NCBI RefSeq assembly: GCF_036321535.1
Contig: NC_087437.1
Coordinates: forward strand, 54,190,001-54,254,000
Origin: Camelus dromedarius
Lineage: Eukaryota
Direction of reading: 5' to 3'
Length of the DNA stretch: 64,000 nucleotides
The position numbers and the translations under genes are program-made. Of the stretch, positions 12,845-25,579 are shown piece by piece. The stretch's first letter is position 1; the number at the start of each line of letters is the position of its first letter. The notes beneath the pieces were generated by a model, which was given only the letters and a program-made list of their open reading frames with translations, had not been told where the DNA came from and did not search any database.

Positions 12845-13222
12845 AGTTGGAGTTGGCTAGATGGTCACCAAAATCTGTTTCTTCTTCCCGGAAACAGAGT
12901 AAGGCTCATTCATGTTCTTTTGCAGTTGAATGTGACAGACTTCTAGCTAGGAGAACAGGACGGGGAACGTACGGTGCAGCTTCCCAGGCCTGACCTATGA
13001 AAGCCTCTCATGCACTCTCCTGCGTGTTCTTCCCTTCCTGCTAGATGATGACAAAGCCCTACGGGATGGTAGAGGCACAAGATGAAAGGATCCTGGGCTA
13101 TTGAATGACTAAATGAAGAAGGGTTACCCCGGCAATCCACATACCCGTTCAGGACTGGTATGTGAACAAGAAACAGATGTGTTTCATGTTGAGTCATTAC
13201 ATTAGCCTATCGTAACTGAAAC
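12845..13222 (+). mobile_element. MaLR LTR (MLT1J-like)
   Basis: CTTCCCAGGCCTGACC...GGTAGAGGCACAAGATGAAAGGATCCTGGG...ATGTGAACAAGAAA...AACTGAAACA. Confidence 0.65.
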
Positions 13223-15119
13223 AGTTTCCAGTGCCAAGAATTCCCAAAGCCTTGTCCATAGTTGGCTCTCAAAAGTCATTGAATGATTGAATATTAAACA
13301 CTCAATAGTTATGTGTTCAGCAATGGAAGGTCTTTTTCTTATCCTCACTGTAACTACCAAGCTCCCTGTAGATTCATCTCCACTCTCGATGGCTTCCACT
13401 GAACCTCAGCCTGTGTAGACATGTGATAGGCATGTGTTGCTCTGAGTTTCTAGGCAGCCTGAGGGAGACGGTGGCTGACAAGGCATGGTCTGGAAGTGTG
13501 AGTCCAAGGAGGAGTTCTGAGTTGCTGTAACTACCAATGTTTGTGCAGCTCTTTAGGGTTTACAAAGGGCTACTCACCTGATCCTTATAACAACCCTGAA
13601 AGAAATGGCTAGTATGAGTCCCACTGTACAGATGTTAAATGATCACAGAGATTAATTATCTTGCTCAAGATCTTAGTTTTTCAAGCGATGAAACTGAAAT
13701 TGATGAAGATGAATTAAGTCATTGTTCAAAAACATGTACGGAGTGCCTAAAATGTGCTAGCCCCTGGCTAAACCTTCTGCACTGACTAGGGGCTCAGGAA
13801 ATAAGGGAACTCAAAATTCTGAAGAAACTGGAATTACCTCCCAGAAGATGAAAGGCGGCCCACAGTTTCAGCCCAGGTCTGAGAGACTCGCCTGTGTCGT
13901 GCAGCTGATGGGTTTAGCTGCCGCTGCCACTGCCATGTGCCTTGGTGCAAGTTTCTGGGTGGTCTGTCAGACCGGCCCGGAGGCCACAGCATCACTGTAA
14001 CCCCACGGCAGCAGTCCCACCTGCCCTGGCTAATGGCCTTGGCATTCTAAGTCTGCCCTTTTCCATACATTCTTTCCTCCTTGCCGTGCCAAGATTTCAG
14101 TAGACAATTTAGAGTGGGTTCCAGGCCATTTAGCTCAGTCAGAGATGTGGGTGAAAGTTTCCTCCCACCCATCCCAGGCCTCAGATAACCCATCAGAGTG
14201 TAGACAGTCCACAAGAAGGAGGAGGAGTAAACGCTGGGGAGGTCTTCAGGCACCAGATTGGAGCCAAAGTTTCTCCACTCTATTTTAGCTGTACAAAGTG
14301 TGCCCGTAATGGGTTGGTTGGAAAGCTTAGGCCCTAAAGCCCAAGAGGATGTAAGTTGTCTGAACGGAGATGGCGAGGCGTCTGGAAGGTCGCCGGCAGA
14401 CGGGGTTATTTGCCAAGGCCTGGAAGGCAAGTGCTGGAGTCTGAGGGGCAGGTGGAAGAGGAAGAGGAAAGTTAGACGGCCTGGCCTCTGCCAGGGCTCA
14501 GCCTTTCCCAGCTTGACGACACTCCCTTGTGCTTGGGTGCCTCTCTCTGTAAATAAACCCTGGCCGCTTGTAGAGTGCAGGACGCCCCACATACCGTAAC
14601 AGCTGAGGTGGGGTGAAACACAAATATGCCTTTTCATAATAGCTTTACGCCTGGAGAAGCAGAGGACCGGTTTATTGCCTTGGTAAACAAAAGTTAGAAT
14701 GCAAGCAAAGTACAAACTTTGCCTCAGGCACTTCTGACAGTGCACCTTGTGTTTGTGGAGTGAACTTGATATATACATACAATGTGAAGCAATGGAAGGC
14801 TGGCCTTTCTCTCTCTCTCCCTCTCATCTGATGTCCAAGGTTTAAAAGTTCACGTGTGTGTATGTGTGGTGTGGGGGGCAGGGGGGCTGTGCAGAGGGAA
14901 TTTGTTTTGGCTCTAGTTTTCTTCCAGTGTTTTGAAATCATGCTGTTTGGTGTGAAAAAGATCTGAGAGCCAATTTATATTGTTTTCCAGGCAGAGTGTA
15001 CTTCTTGCTGCTCTCAGGGTGACAATTAGGGTTTGTGGGTGGGAGACAGGGTAAACCAGTTTGGGGAACACATAAAGGAATCAGGATTGGCATTGAACTT
15101 AAATTAAAGATTGGAAAAT

Positions 15120-15290
15120 AATAGGTGTTTATTCAGTGCTTATTACTGGCCAAGCATAGAGCCATGAACTTTTATAAATGTTATTTCATCTAATCTTCAC
15201 AACCACATGGAGAAGGAATTGTAGACGAAAATATCCATTTTACAGGTGAGGAAACTGAGGCTATAATCATTGAGGAGGTTCAAGCCACAG
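15120..15290 (-). mobile_element. MIR SINE
   Basis: TTTATTCAGTGCTTATTA...CCATTTTACAGGTGAGGAAACTGAGGCT core. Confidence 0.75.
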
Positions 15291-17329
15291 TTTTCTATTT
15301 CCATATTCAGGGTTTTCTGTACTATCCTCCAGCCTTCACACAGGGTCTCAGGTTGTGTCCTGTTCTGCTACTTAGTGTGCCCTGTCTGTATCCAATATTT
15401 TTCTGCCTCATTCTCTGCCTGCACTTGGGAAAATGACCCTGCTCTGTTCTATGTATTTCTGTGTAGAGGGTTTCCCTACTGCCCAGCAGCCACCAGGCCA
15501 TCTGGGCCGCTGTCTCGCCAACCAGCACCTCCATGCATTCAAGTGCAGAGGACTAAAAACATGTGAATTAGATTTCCCCTCAAAACACACATAAGCTTAA
15601 AAGCAAATGATAGCGAAGCTAGAACACATCTTAGGTTCAGTTGGCTCCCCAATTCCTCTGTGTTCTCCCATCTCCAGCTTGACTAAAACAGACAGGCTTC
15701 AGCAAAAGCATCTGAACTTTTCGGGTTCTTTTCCAAAACAAGTCTTTGAACCTGAAGAACTTTGCCCGTCTCTGTTTGCACGTTCACTCTTCAGATGTTC
15801 AGCTGGGGCTTGCCTGCTGTGGAGCACAAGCCAGTGAAATTTTAACTCTTTCAGCCACAGATTAATCCTCAAGCCTTTAAAATGAGAGTGAACTCGTTAG
15901 GCTCACTTTTTAAAAGAAGTCTTTATGAATGTGTCAACTTGTGCTTGTCTTCTCAGATGAAGGATTCCTTGTGGGGAAAATATTACACTGAGGCTACAGA
16001 AAAATGATGTCATTGAGGCATTGCCCACTCAGCAGGTTCGGGGACCAGAGCTGTAACTGCTTGTGCTTTTTCCCTTTCCAAGGGAAAGCTCAGTCCCCTC
16101 CGCCAGCTCCTCGGCTACCTGTACCCCTTACCATGAATGCATCTTTGATCAGAACTCCTTGCGGAATGCCTTTGGCTTTAGTCATCGCAAGCTTTTAAGA
16201 AATTATTGGAACATAAGAACTCATTGCAAGGAAACAGATTTCAGTTGCAAGTGGATTAAACACAATCCCTATGCTGGAGCCCTTGAAGGAGAAGAGATGG
16301 GGGTCTCTGCGCTATGAGGCAAATCTCAGTTAGGGATGCTTGCTTTGGGGAATCTGCTTTGAAAACCCAGGTAAGCCAAATAGTGGAATATTAAGTGAAC
16401 GTTAAAGAGCAAATAACACAACCCCTTTCTCATACAGAGGAGGAAACTAAGGCTCAGAGTGGAACAAGCAAGACCAAGGCTAGCACGGTCAGCCAGTTGC
16501 AGAACTCCGCAACTCCCAGGGGCTCATAGCTGCCCAACATGCGGTCTTTCGTATTGGGAGAAAGTGAAATTAAATAAAGACAAAATCCTGACCCTAAATC
16601 CTGGCCTGGACCCACTTACCCTGGCTTTTTATCGCTGCTTGTCATTCCATGTCCACAGACTGAGTCCATGGAAAGATGTTGTACCCTGAGAAAGAAGAAG
16701 GAGGAGAAACCTGGAATACTTCCAAAACAGTGCTTGAAAATCTTACTCGAAGTCAAGGGAAAGTAGTGTATCCTTACAAGGTTATGACTGTAGACCAGAC
16801 AAGCAACGCTTTAAAAATCTACACAGTGATCCTTTCCCGCTTTCAGTTTCGTCCTCATTCACGTTTGTGGTTTTCCTGCTAGGGATTCCAGGTTGGTCAG
16901 GGTCCCTATCACAGGGAGGCGAAGTTGGTCAGCCGATGACTGGGTCCTAAACTGAAGAAACCGATAGAACGTCAGACTATTAGGGCTAGAAGGAAGCTTG
17001 GAGATACTCTGGACCACAGTCTTCTGTTTACAGTTGGGTATCATGGAACTGAGAGAAGGCGAGTGGGTTACCCAGCACACGAATGGACTGCACCATTGAT
17101 GCTCCCAACCATGTGTGACGGGGGTCCCTCCATCTGACAATTACAAAGCAGCCCCTTTGTAATACTCAGATGTCTTTTATGAATAATCAACAGATTGTGC
17201 CCAATGCCAGGGAGCTGAATGCTTCTTACAGCCTGGGTCTAACTAAGCCACGGGCACCTCCATGAGGTATGGATTGTGAGTTGTCCTTGCCATCTTTTGC
17301 TCCCTGGAAAGATCAGTATACAGAAAACA

Positions 17330-17366
17330 GGGGAATTTCCCAAGATTATGTGATGACTCAGCAAAA
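17330..17366 (+). promoter_or_regulatory. Adjacent NF-kB site and ARE/AP-1 site
   Basis: GGGGAATTTCCC 17330-17341; ATGACTCAGCA 17353-17363. Confidence 0.5.
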
Positions 17367-17894
17367 GCTCTGAGGCAACATGCTGTTACTGGAGGAAAAA
17401 TCAGAAGACAATAATTCCAGGCTTCATACTATCTCTAACCGTGTGAGAGATCTGGGGCAGCTCACTTCCCTCTCTGAGTCTCGGTTTCCCCATTCATGGA
17501 GGGACATTTCAGCTCTGATGGCCTGTGGATCTAGAAGACAAGGCTCAGAGCTATTTCATCCCCAAAGCGTGATTGTATGAAGCCAGCAATGTGCTGCTGC
17601 TATGACATGCCTCAGGGGTCCTCAAACTGTCAGGGATAAATGGGTTTTGCATCCAAAACAGAGTAATAGTGATAGTCTTCTATCAATTTGTATGCAAAAA
17701 GTCATAAATTCAGCTTTATTTTTTTTCCATGACTTTTTTCCTCAAACTCTTTATATCTGTTATCACTTGCCTGCTTGCAAGGGCAAGCATAGAACACAAC
17801 AAATAAATGAGTAATAGACAGATAGCAATAGGAAAACTCAGGAATGATAATAGTTTTTATCATTTTTACTTTTGAGGTATAGGTAAGAAAATAA

Positions 17895-18095
17895 ATAATA
17901 TTTACTGAACGCTTACCACAGTTTATACACACCATCTTATTTAAGATCCTTAAACAGTCAGTGTTGTCAGGCCCTTTCATAGAAGAAAGCATCAAGGCTC
18001 AGAGATGAACTAATCTCCCTACTGAGCACACAACTCTTCAGCAGTGAAACCTAGATTTGAAGCCAGTTCTCCTGACTCCAAAGCCTGCGTTTTCC
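17895..18095 (-). mobile_element. MIR SINE
   Basis: TATTTACTGAACGCTTAC...AAGGCTCAGAGATG...AGATTTGAAGCCAG...CTGACTCCAAAGCC. Confidence 0.65.
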
Positions 18096-19385
18096 ACAAT
18101 TGAAAAGCTGCATGCACAAAACACAGACATATTGTTTGCTGGCAAAATTGATCTTCCATAAGGGAGGGAAATTAAATTTATCAACATTTTATTGGGTCCC
18201 ACAAAGAACAGCACCATGGTTTCCCTGGGTTCCTACATCTGAACATCTCTGAAAACAGGTAAAGAACGTGAGGCATTAGTCTGACTTTCCCCAGGAATTT
18301 TAGAGAGAGGGGACACCCATGTCTAGAAATACTCTGATCAAACAACCAGGTGGTTGTTTCTTTATTTAGAATTCATGTTACTTCAAACATGCACAGTGCA
18401 CCAGGCTTTTGTCCTGACTCCCTCCCTGGTTTCAGTCCTGTAGTCCTCCTAGAGATAGAGGGCAAGATTGGTGTGGACTTGAAGAAGCTGTCTCAGATTC
18501 AGAGTCTCCCCTACGAGGGGCGTCTATACAGGGTCTCCTCAAAGTGGCCAATACATCAGTCCTCAAACCTATGGAGTAACCGGGACCAGATCCCACAAGT
18601 TCTTCATTCTGCATTGATTGACAGCCTTGGATACTTCTGGCATGGAGCAAGTCTGGTACTACCAAAACAAGAGCAAGTTAGCCTTGATGTGGCCTTGGAC
18701 ACCTAACCCAAGTCAGGTCTAGACCCCAGGAATGACCATGGGAGGCTATATATTCCTGTGCCTGCTTCCAGGAGCTGGAGATAAAAGTCAAGTGATACGG
18801 CCAAGGGCCCTGCGTTTTCTGTTTTGGCTTTCACCGGCATGAAAATTGCTGTGCCAGTAATTTGCCAGAAAATCAGAGAATGTCAAAGTTTGAAATGACT
18901 CTAGAGAGCTGGCTATCACTTCATTTCAAATCCCTCCTTTCCGAGATGACGTTATGGAGGTTCAGAGAGTGGGAGGGTTGTCCAAGGTCACCCACAGAGT
19001 GTGGGGCAAGGCTGGAACTAAAACCCAGGTCTTCTGGCTCCAGGCTCAATACTCCTTTCACTGCTGTTGTCTAATTGCCTTGGTAGCGGGGAGACATTAC
19101 CCTAGAAGGAAAAGAAGTCAGTCTTTGTTTAAAGAAAAATTATAACCAAATGGATAGATAGATCTGTACTTCCTTTAATTGCAGTGGCTCGTGGTTACAT
19201 TGGACTGATTCTATGGCCTAGTAACAAAAACACCTTATACTGCGACCATTATGAACATCCTGAACACACCCGACTTTTTCATGTTGTGCACATTATATCC
19301 CTTGGGTCTGGAATATCCTTCCCCTTTCTTCTTCTGGCCAACACTTACTCTTTCAGACCCAATTCCATCACTTCCTCTGTGGAAC

Positions 19386-19992
19386 TGGGGTGGATTTGTT
19401 CTGGGTCATCTTAGGTAAGCTGGAACTATGTTCCCAGATGCCCCTTCCCTACAGAGTAGCACTGGTGTTTTTCACAGTATTTGGAACCTGGTAGTGAAGC
19501 CACTATGTTTTAATATTTAGAAGGTTGGTTCAGGGCACCCTGTGTTGAGGTAGCTTACATACATTGTCCCTGATCTGCTGGTTCACCTGTTGGGGTAGAT
19601 TAGCGGCTGGGTCTGCATCTCCTCCAGTCCCCACCAGATCGCCTCTTACTGCTCCTCCGAATCTCAGACCAGCAAGTAGAGCTCCATGGGGAAGGCCAGC
19701 TTCTCTTGCAGGTCACTAAGATCATCATCTGCAGGCAGTTAGAAGCAGAAACAGACTCCAGCTGGTCCTTGCAGGTTGCAGTCCATCAGAGCTCACCCAA
19801 CTTCCTGCCCATTTCTCCTACGCAGCTACCTGCTCTGCTGACTCCTAGTCCAGCATCAAACTCTGAAGCAACAGCCTCACATCAACAGATTAGGCAGTTC
19901 CTACAATTGTGAGGACTGAGTCTTGATAATGAACACCTGCTTCCACACTGCATGCAGTGGTTCTGCTTCTCCGATGGAACCCTAACTTATCA
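19386..19992 (+). mobile_element. ERVL solo LTR (MLT2E/F-like) inserted in an L2 fragment
   Basis: TG...CA termini; AAGCTGGAACTATGTTCCCAGA near the start, AGTGGTTCTGCTTCTCCGATGGAACCCTAACT near the end. Confidence 0.7.
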
Positions 19993-20110
19993 GGAGTCTT
20001 CTGTGAAGCTCCCAAGGTCAGTCATTTCTAGGCTGTGCACTTCTATGAAAGCATACAACACGCCATGCTGCACTTTGATGACTGACAAGTCCTTTCTTAT
20101 TAACGGGGAT

Positions 20111-20338
20111 AGCTGACATGTACTGTGGGCTTACTTTGTGCCAGGCACTATTTTGAACACACATTTAATTCTTACACCAACTGAATGAGGTAAGGGTTGT
20201 TATTATTATTTCCATTTTATAGATGAGGCAACCAGGGACCAGGAAAACTAAGTGATTTGCCTATGCTTTCATAACTAGGAAGGGGAAGACTCATGATTCA
20301 AAACCAGGCAGCCTGATCCAGAGCCAGCACTCTGACCC
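20111..20338 (-). mobile_element. MIR SINE, near full length
   Basis: GCTTACTTTGTGCCAGGCACT...CCATTTTATAGATGAGG...GATTCAAAACCAGGCAGCCTGATCCAGAGCC. Confidence 0.85.
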
Positions 20339-21102
20339 TCCTCAGTGTGAGCTATTCAAAGAGCAAGTCTCATCCATCTAGTACCATTATTCTGGTACTA
20401 GAATGAACGAAAGGATAAGTGATCGCTCAATCTCATCAGAGGAGAAAATGACTTTTCTACAAAGCTGATGGAGGGTTGATGACAATGGAAGCTTCGGGGC
20501 CTAGGGTCCTACTGTACCTTGAATGCTATCTCTCCCAGACTGGAAGGTGACATTATAAACAGTCCCCAGTCAAGGTCTTGTTAGTAGACAAGAGACCTGC
20601 TTCCACGTAAAGTGTGCATCACCTGGAAGCTATCAGCTGCACTTGGAGCAGCAAACACTGACGGTGCAGCACACCACCAGGTGAGCCTGCTTTTCTCCCC
20701 GGCCCAGGAAGACACCCCGCCCTGGGTGGAGCCCTCCGTGCACTGTGAGTCTCCAGCAGTAGAGGCTGAGCCTGGCTGGAGGGCAGAATTCCCACACAGG
20801 TGCCAGGCACACAATTCCTGTTTAACACTTCACTTCTTACACGTCACCTCAAAAGTGTCCTTTGTACATAGTGAACATGGACTAGGACTCACACTTAATT
20901 TTCATTGTGATTGCCAATTCCTAGATATCAAACTAGAATGGAAATTCCAGTTTGGACTTCACATCACAGTATCTTGAGCACTAGTCTGTTGTTCAGTATG
21001 AAACTGAGTGTTCCCTATTCCTCTTTCCAGGAGAGATACAAGGAAATTTATGGCCTCTATCTTATGTGTGACACACCAACATTTTTTTAAAAAGGAGAAG
21101 GT

Positions 21103-21193
21103 GAAGGAGAAAAAGGAGGAGGAGGAAAGAGAGAAAGGAAAAAAGAAAGAAAAAGAAAGGAAGGAAGGAAGGAAGGAAAAAAAGGAAGGAAAG
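21103..21193. repeat. 91-nt uninterrupted polypurine (GA-rich) tract
   Basis: Only A and G between 21103 and 21193, including a (GGAA)n run. Confidence 0.9.
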
Positions 21194-22238
21194 TAAAAGA
21201 ATTTAAAATATATGGGAAAAAATGGTAAGAAACAAAAATCAGTTGCTACAAAAATTAGGTTCAATGTCCGTATTGCTCTTCTAGGACATGGAAAGGAGGC
21301 AGGTAAAGATCTAGAAGCTTTGTGCAACTTGACATGTTCCATTATTCACATAAGAGGAGAAAATCCTCATGATAGTCAAGGCTCCATCAATGGCCAGCAG
21401 AGACATTATGTATGTGTTCTACATAAGCCAAACCATGAAAAGGGCTTGTAATATTCAAATTTGGGGCTTTTATTCAGAGCCAGACTTGGAGAAGACCTCT
21501 GAATGGATCTAGTCTAACCTTTCATTCACAGATGAAGGAACTGAGGGTCTGAGAAGGTGGTACCTCTGATTCCAGATGGATACTAGCCAATCTGAGAAGA
21601 GGCCCAGAGCAAAGTTGTCCCAGCCTGGAAGCGGTGGAGTCAGCTGGCACCCAGGGCTCTGGCTCCAGTAAGTAATCCCTCCTCGCCTTGTGGGGTTCCA
21701 CCTGGTACCCAGAGCCCCCATGCCTCCTTTGTGGGATGCTAAGCCAAAGGGTTCTGAGTCTGCCAACCTGGCCTTGCTGGCAGGGATATCTGGATGCCCA
21801 GCCTGGGTGTGGTGTGTTCAAATCTTCCTGGGGTTTTAGCCCAAGCTCATAAACCCATTTCATTCTTCCCACACCTGAGAGCTAGCTTTCCCAAACAGCC
21901 CCTGCCGCACCCGACAGGAGCCCCACAAGAGCTCCTTCATTTAATATCCAAAGGAGAAAAGGGAGCCAGAGTCTGGGGACAGTGCCACAAGGAGATTTAT
22001 TTCCCTTTCCCTTAAAAATTTTCTTCCTGTTCAGGAGCATTTCCCCTGGAATAAAATATCGTCAGTGCAGAGAGCCTTTAGAGACAGTCTAGCTCAATTC
22101 ACTCATTTATTGGATGAAACTGGGACCTAGTGAAAGGGGGTGCTTTGCCTAAGGGCCCGTGGAGAGTGAGGTGGGCTGGGGCTGCCAGAGGGCCCCTGGT
22201 CCCTGGGCACCACTCCTCCTGCCAGGTGCATCCGGCTA

Positions 22239-22292
22239 GTGTGTGTGTGTGTGTGTGTGCATGTGTGTACATGTGTGTGTATGTGCACATGC
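22239..22292. repeat. (TG)n-based alternating purine-pyrimidine tract
   Basis: 54 bp of strict R/Y alternation. Confidence 0.9.
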
Positions 22293-22499
22293 CTGTGCAC
22301 ACATGCACTTGGTGCCAGGAACCCAGATTGCACTGAGAGGTTTTCTTGTATATCATGGAGGGGTGGGTGGAGGAGAGAAGCGGGTTTGTTCAAAGGTAGA
22401 GTCAAAAGGACATGCACACGGTGTGTGAAATTTTTATCTTCAACTGAACCAGAAATGAAGAGTCTGCCTCACATTTTTACCTGCTGCCTAATTTGAACA

Positions 22500-23030
22500 A
22501 TTATTAAGTGGAAAGTCACATATGTTTTTATATAGAAAATTTGGAAGTTAGAAGAAATATGAAAGAATTAAAACTACACCTAGTTCCACCACCTAGAAAC
22601 TACCTTTGTCTGTGTTTTGGTTTACATTCCTCCGTCTTTAAAAAAAAATGTAATTATGTGGCATGTTCTGTTTGTATGTTCTAATCAAGCTTTGTTTTCC
22701 TAATACTAAATACTCTTCCACGAGATGTTTTCGATGGCTGCCTAGTTACTGTGTTTGCTGATGTATTCATTCAACTCATTTCCTACTACGGACACTTTGG
22801 TTTTTTTTTTTTTCCTATCACCAGGAATAGTGAGATAAATGTTTCTGGCTCTTGAATGAGATTTTTAAGATAGAATTGGTGGAATGAAGAGAATGACATC
22901 TTCAAAATTTGGCATATATGTTTCCAAGCCATACTTTAGAACAGTTGAATCAAGATTTTTACATTCTCAGCCACAGTGCAGGATACGAGCACTGATTGCT
23001 CTATACATTTTGCTTACAATTTTCTGGAAT
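22500..23030 (-). mobile_element. Old L1 (L1ME-like) fragment
   Basis: TAGAAAATTTGGAA, ATGGCTGCCTAGT and TTTACATTCTCAGCCACAGTGCA degenerate L1 motifs. Confidence 0.5.
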
Positions 23031-23920
23031 TCCAAAAATTTTACTTTTGATTTAATTAAATTTTTAAAAATTTAATTTAATTTTAATTACTGCTGTGTAG
23101 GAATTCACTATATTCCACTTGATTTCTATAAAAATTTTGAAACTAAGCAATACTACAAAATACCTAATTCTGTTTTACATTGTTTGAAGTTTGATCTCCT
23201 CTTAATAAACATGAGTTTTCACAGAATTATAAATAAGCATACACAGGCAACTTAGCATTCTTTTATGTAAATTTTTCCTTTCAATGCTATGATGTGCAAA
23301 CTTGATGTTTTAAAACTGTAAAATACTTTTAAAGCACTCTAATGGTCCAAGGGGTAGTACCCTGTCATTTGGTGAGCCATGCCTTTATTTTTGAGTACCT
23401 GAGTTGTTTTCAATTTGATTGGAATTAACAGGTAGAGAGCATAAAGGCTTCCTAGTTCCTGCTCCGTGTTAGTGTGTCTCATTGAACTGTGCTCTGTGCA
23501 TCACTGGGGACAAAAACAGCCTCCATTGTTGCTTCTGGATGCCAGTTTTTGCAAACATCTTTATTTTTATACAAATAAACTGTATTTTTTCTCAAACCCC
23601 TGGACCTCTATTTTGCAGTTAATGTGATTGTCTAATAGAAATGAAAAACTGAAGAGGAGGTATTGAAAGTATAGTTGCATATTTATCTGTACATTTTAAA
23701 CTTTTTATTATATAATTAGTATATGTTGTATGTAGAAAGTTATAGAATGGAAGTGAAAAAAAATTAACTTGTAATCATATCATGCAAAGATAATGCCATT
23801 AATATAGCAGTGTTAGTATCTTCCCAGACGTGTCCCTAAAGAAATAGATACACATTGTCCATGGTACTTTTATAACTACAATGATATGTGAGGAATGTAT
23901 CATCATGCCAATATGCCAAC

Positions 23921-24250
23921 CAGTAGACCCCCTTATCCACTGGGATACATTCCAAGACCCCCAGTGAACACCTGAAACCACGGATAGTACCTAACCTCGT
24001 ATACACAATACTTTTTCCTACACTAATAGGCAGATCGCATATACAGCCACTGGACAAGTAGATGACTCACGGTCCAGGCAGGATGGAGCGGGACAGCACA
24101 AGATTGCACAAGATCTACTCAGAACAGCTCAAAATTTAAAGCTCACAAATTGTTTATTTCTGAAATTTTCCATTTAATATTCTCAGGTCACTGTTAAACA
24201 CAGGTGACTGAAACCGTGGAAAGTGAAACCACAGAGAAGGGGAGAGATAC
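23921..24250 (-). mobile_element. MER44A-like (Tigger7-derived TcMar) element
   Basis: Terminal CAGTAGACCCCCTTATCC; GGATACATTCCAAGACCCCCAGTG; CTGAAACCGTGGAAAGTGAAACC. Confidence 0.85.
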
Positions 24251-25533
24251 ACAGCTATGAGCAGACCGTGACCCGGTCCTCAAGGAGCGTACAGGCCAAA
24301 TGGGGGGAGCGGGGAAGAGCTCCGGCTTCCCGAGCCCCCCCGGGTCCAGCACCGTCTCCCGGTTCACTCTCGTTACTGGGGAAAGCCTGACTCCCTAACA
24401 CTTGTTATTTTTATTTTTACTTATTTATTTTTACAATCCCAGTAATTAAAAATCCCAGTTTGCTTAAACTTGTCTTTAAGTCACAGGGTCTTCCTTATTG
24501 ACTTTTGATCCATAGACAGTCAAGAGTCGTGGTCATACTGCCTTTTCTATTCAGCGAGCCCCTGTCTGGCATGGTGGGACACAGGTCCCAGAAGCCGTGG
24601 AAGCAAACCTTTTCCTGCCCCTGGTGCCGCGGGCGGTACTACAAGTCGAAAGACATCCTGGCTTTGGGAATGCAGATCTTCCCGGCGCTGTAGGGTTCCT
24701 GGGGTAGAAGGGCCCTCCTGGTTCCACTGAGGGCTTTCTGCTCCCTAAACCCTGCCGTGACCCACACAGATGTCTGTGAGGTGGGACAGGCTCTCCAGAA
24801 GGGAAGCCGAGGCTCAGAGAGAGGGAATGATGACTGAGGCCCTGCCCCGGAGAGACTGAGCAGGGCCAGGATGAAGCCCAGGCCTTGTGATGCCAGCACA
24901 GTGCTCCGTCTATCCCTCCCCACCTCCACTGAAGGCATGACCCACTGGGCTGAGAAACCAGCCTGGGTCAAAGATAGGCCACTGCTGTCTGCTCCTCCCC
25001 TACACCCAAAACACACGGTGAAGATCTAGATGGAGAGATTGGTCATTGATTTAAAATAATCCTATAGATCACCATGAGTTAAGCTCAGAAAATCATTCTT
25101 GTATTAAGTAAGACAGAGGATTGCTCTAAACTTTAAATAGTTGTGCCAATTGCTTTTCAGGGATAAAAAGATGACAGTTCATTAAAATCCTGATGTCTCT
25201 TCACACAGCAGTGAAAGTCATGAATATTAGTTGACATGGCTGAAATAAAGACATTTTCACAGACATTCAAGAAAGGTAGAGGCTACCCCTCCCTAAAAAG
25301 CTTGTAAAATTAACGTGCATCCATATGTACTAAATAATTAGCCGCTGGTTTATAAAGCATAGGAATCACAACTCTCAGATTATTACATCAGAAGAACAAG
25401 AATGCTTCTGAATTCTTGTCATCTGTATTTTGATTTAGGATCATACCATGCATTGCAGAAGGCTTTATTTCGACTATGTGTGAACTTAATATATGCAAAT
25501 TAATAAAACTGAGGTTTTTTTTAACATGTTAAA

Positions 25534-25578
<45 letters not shown>
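25534..25578. repeat. (CA)n microsatellite
   Basis: Seen directly. Confidence 0.9.

Positions 25579-25579
<1 letters not shown>

Noticed and set aside
14047..14778. Longest ORF (243 aa, minus strand)
   Set aside because: No recognisable domain, non-ATG start, and an overlapping antisense ORF; consistent with chance
21008..21196. K/E-rich ORF
   Set aside because: Translation of a purine simple repeat
24219..24230. IRF-like GGAAAGTGAAAC
   Set aside because: Part of the MER44 subterminal sequence, with no independent support for function
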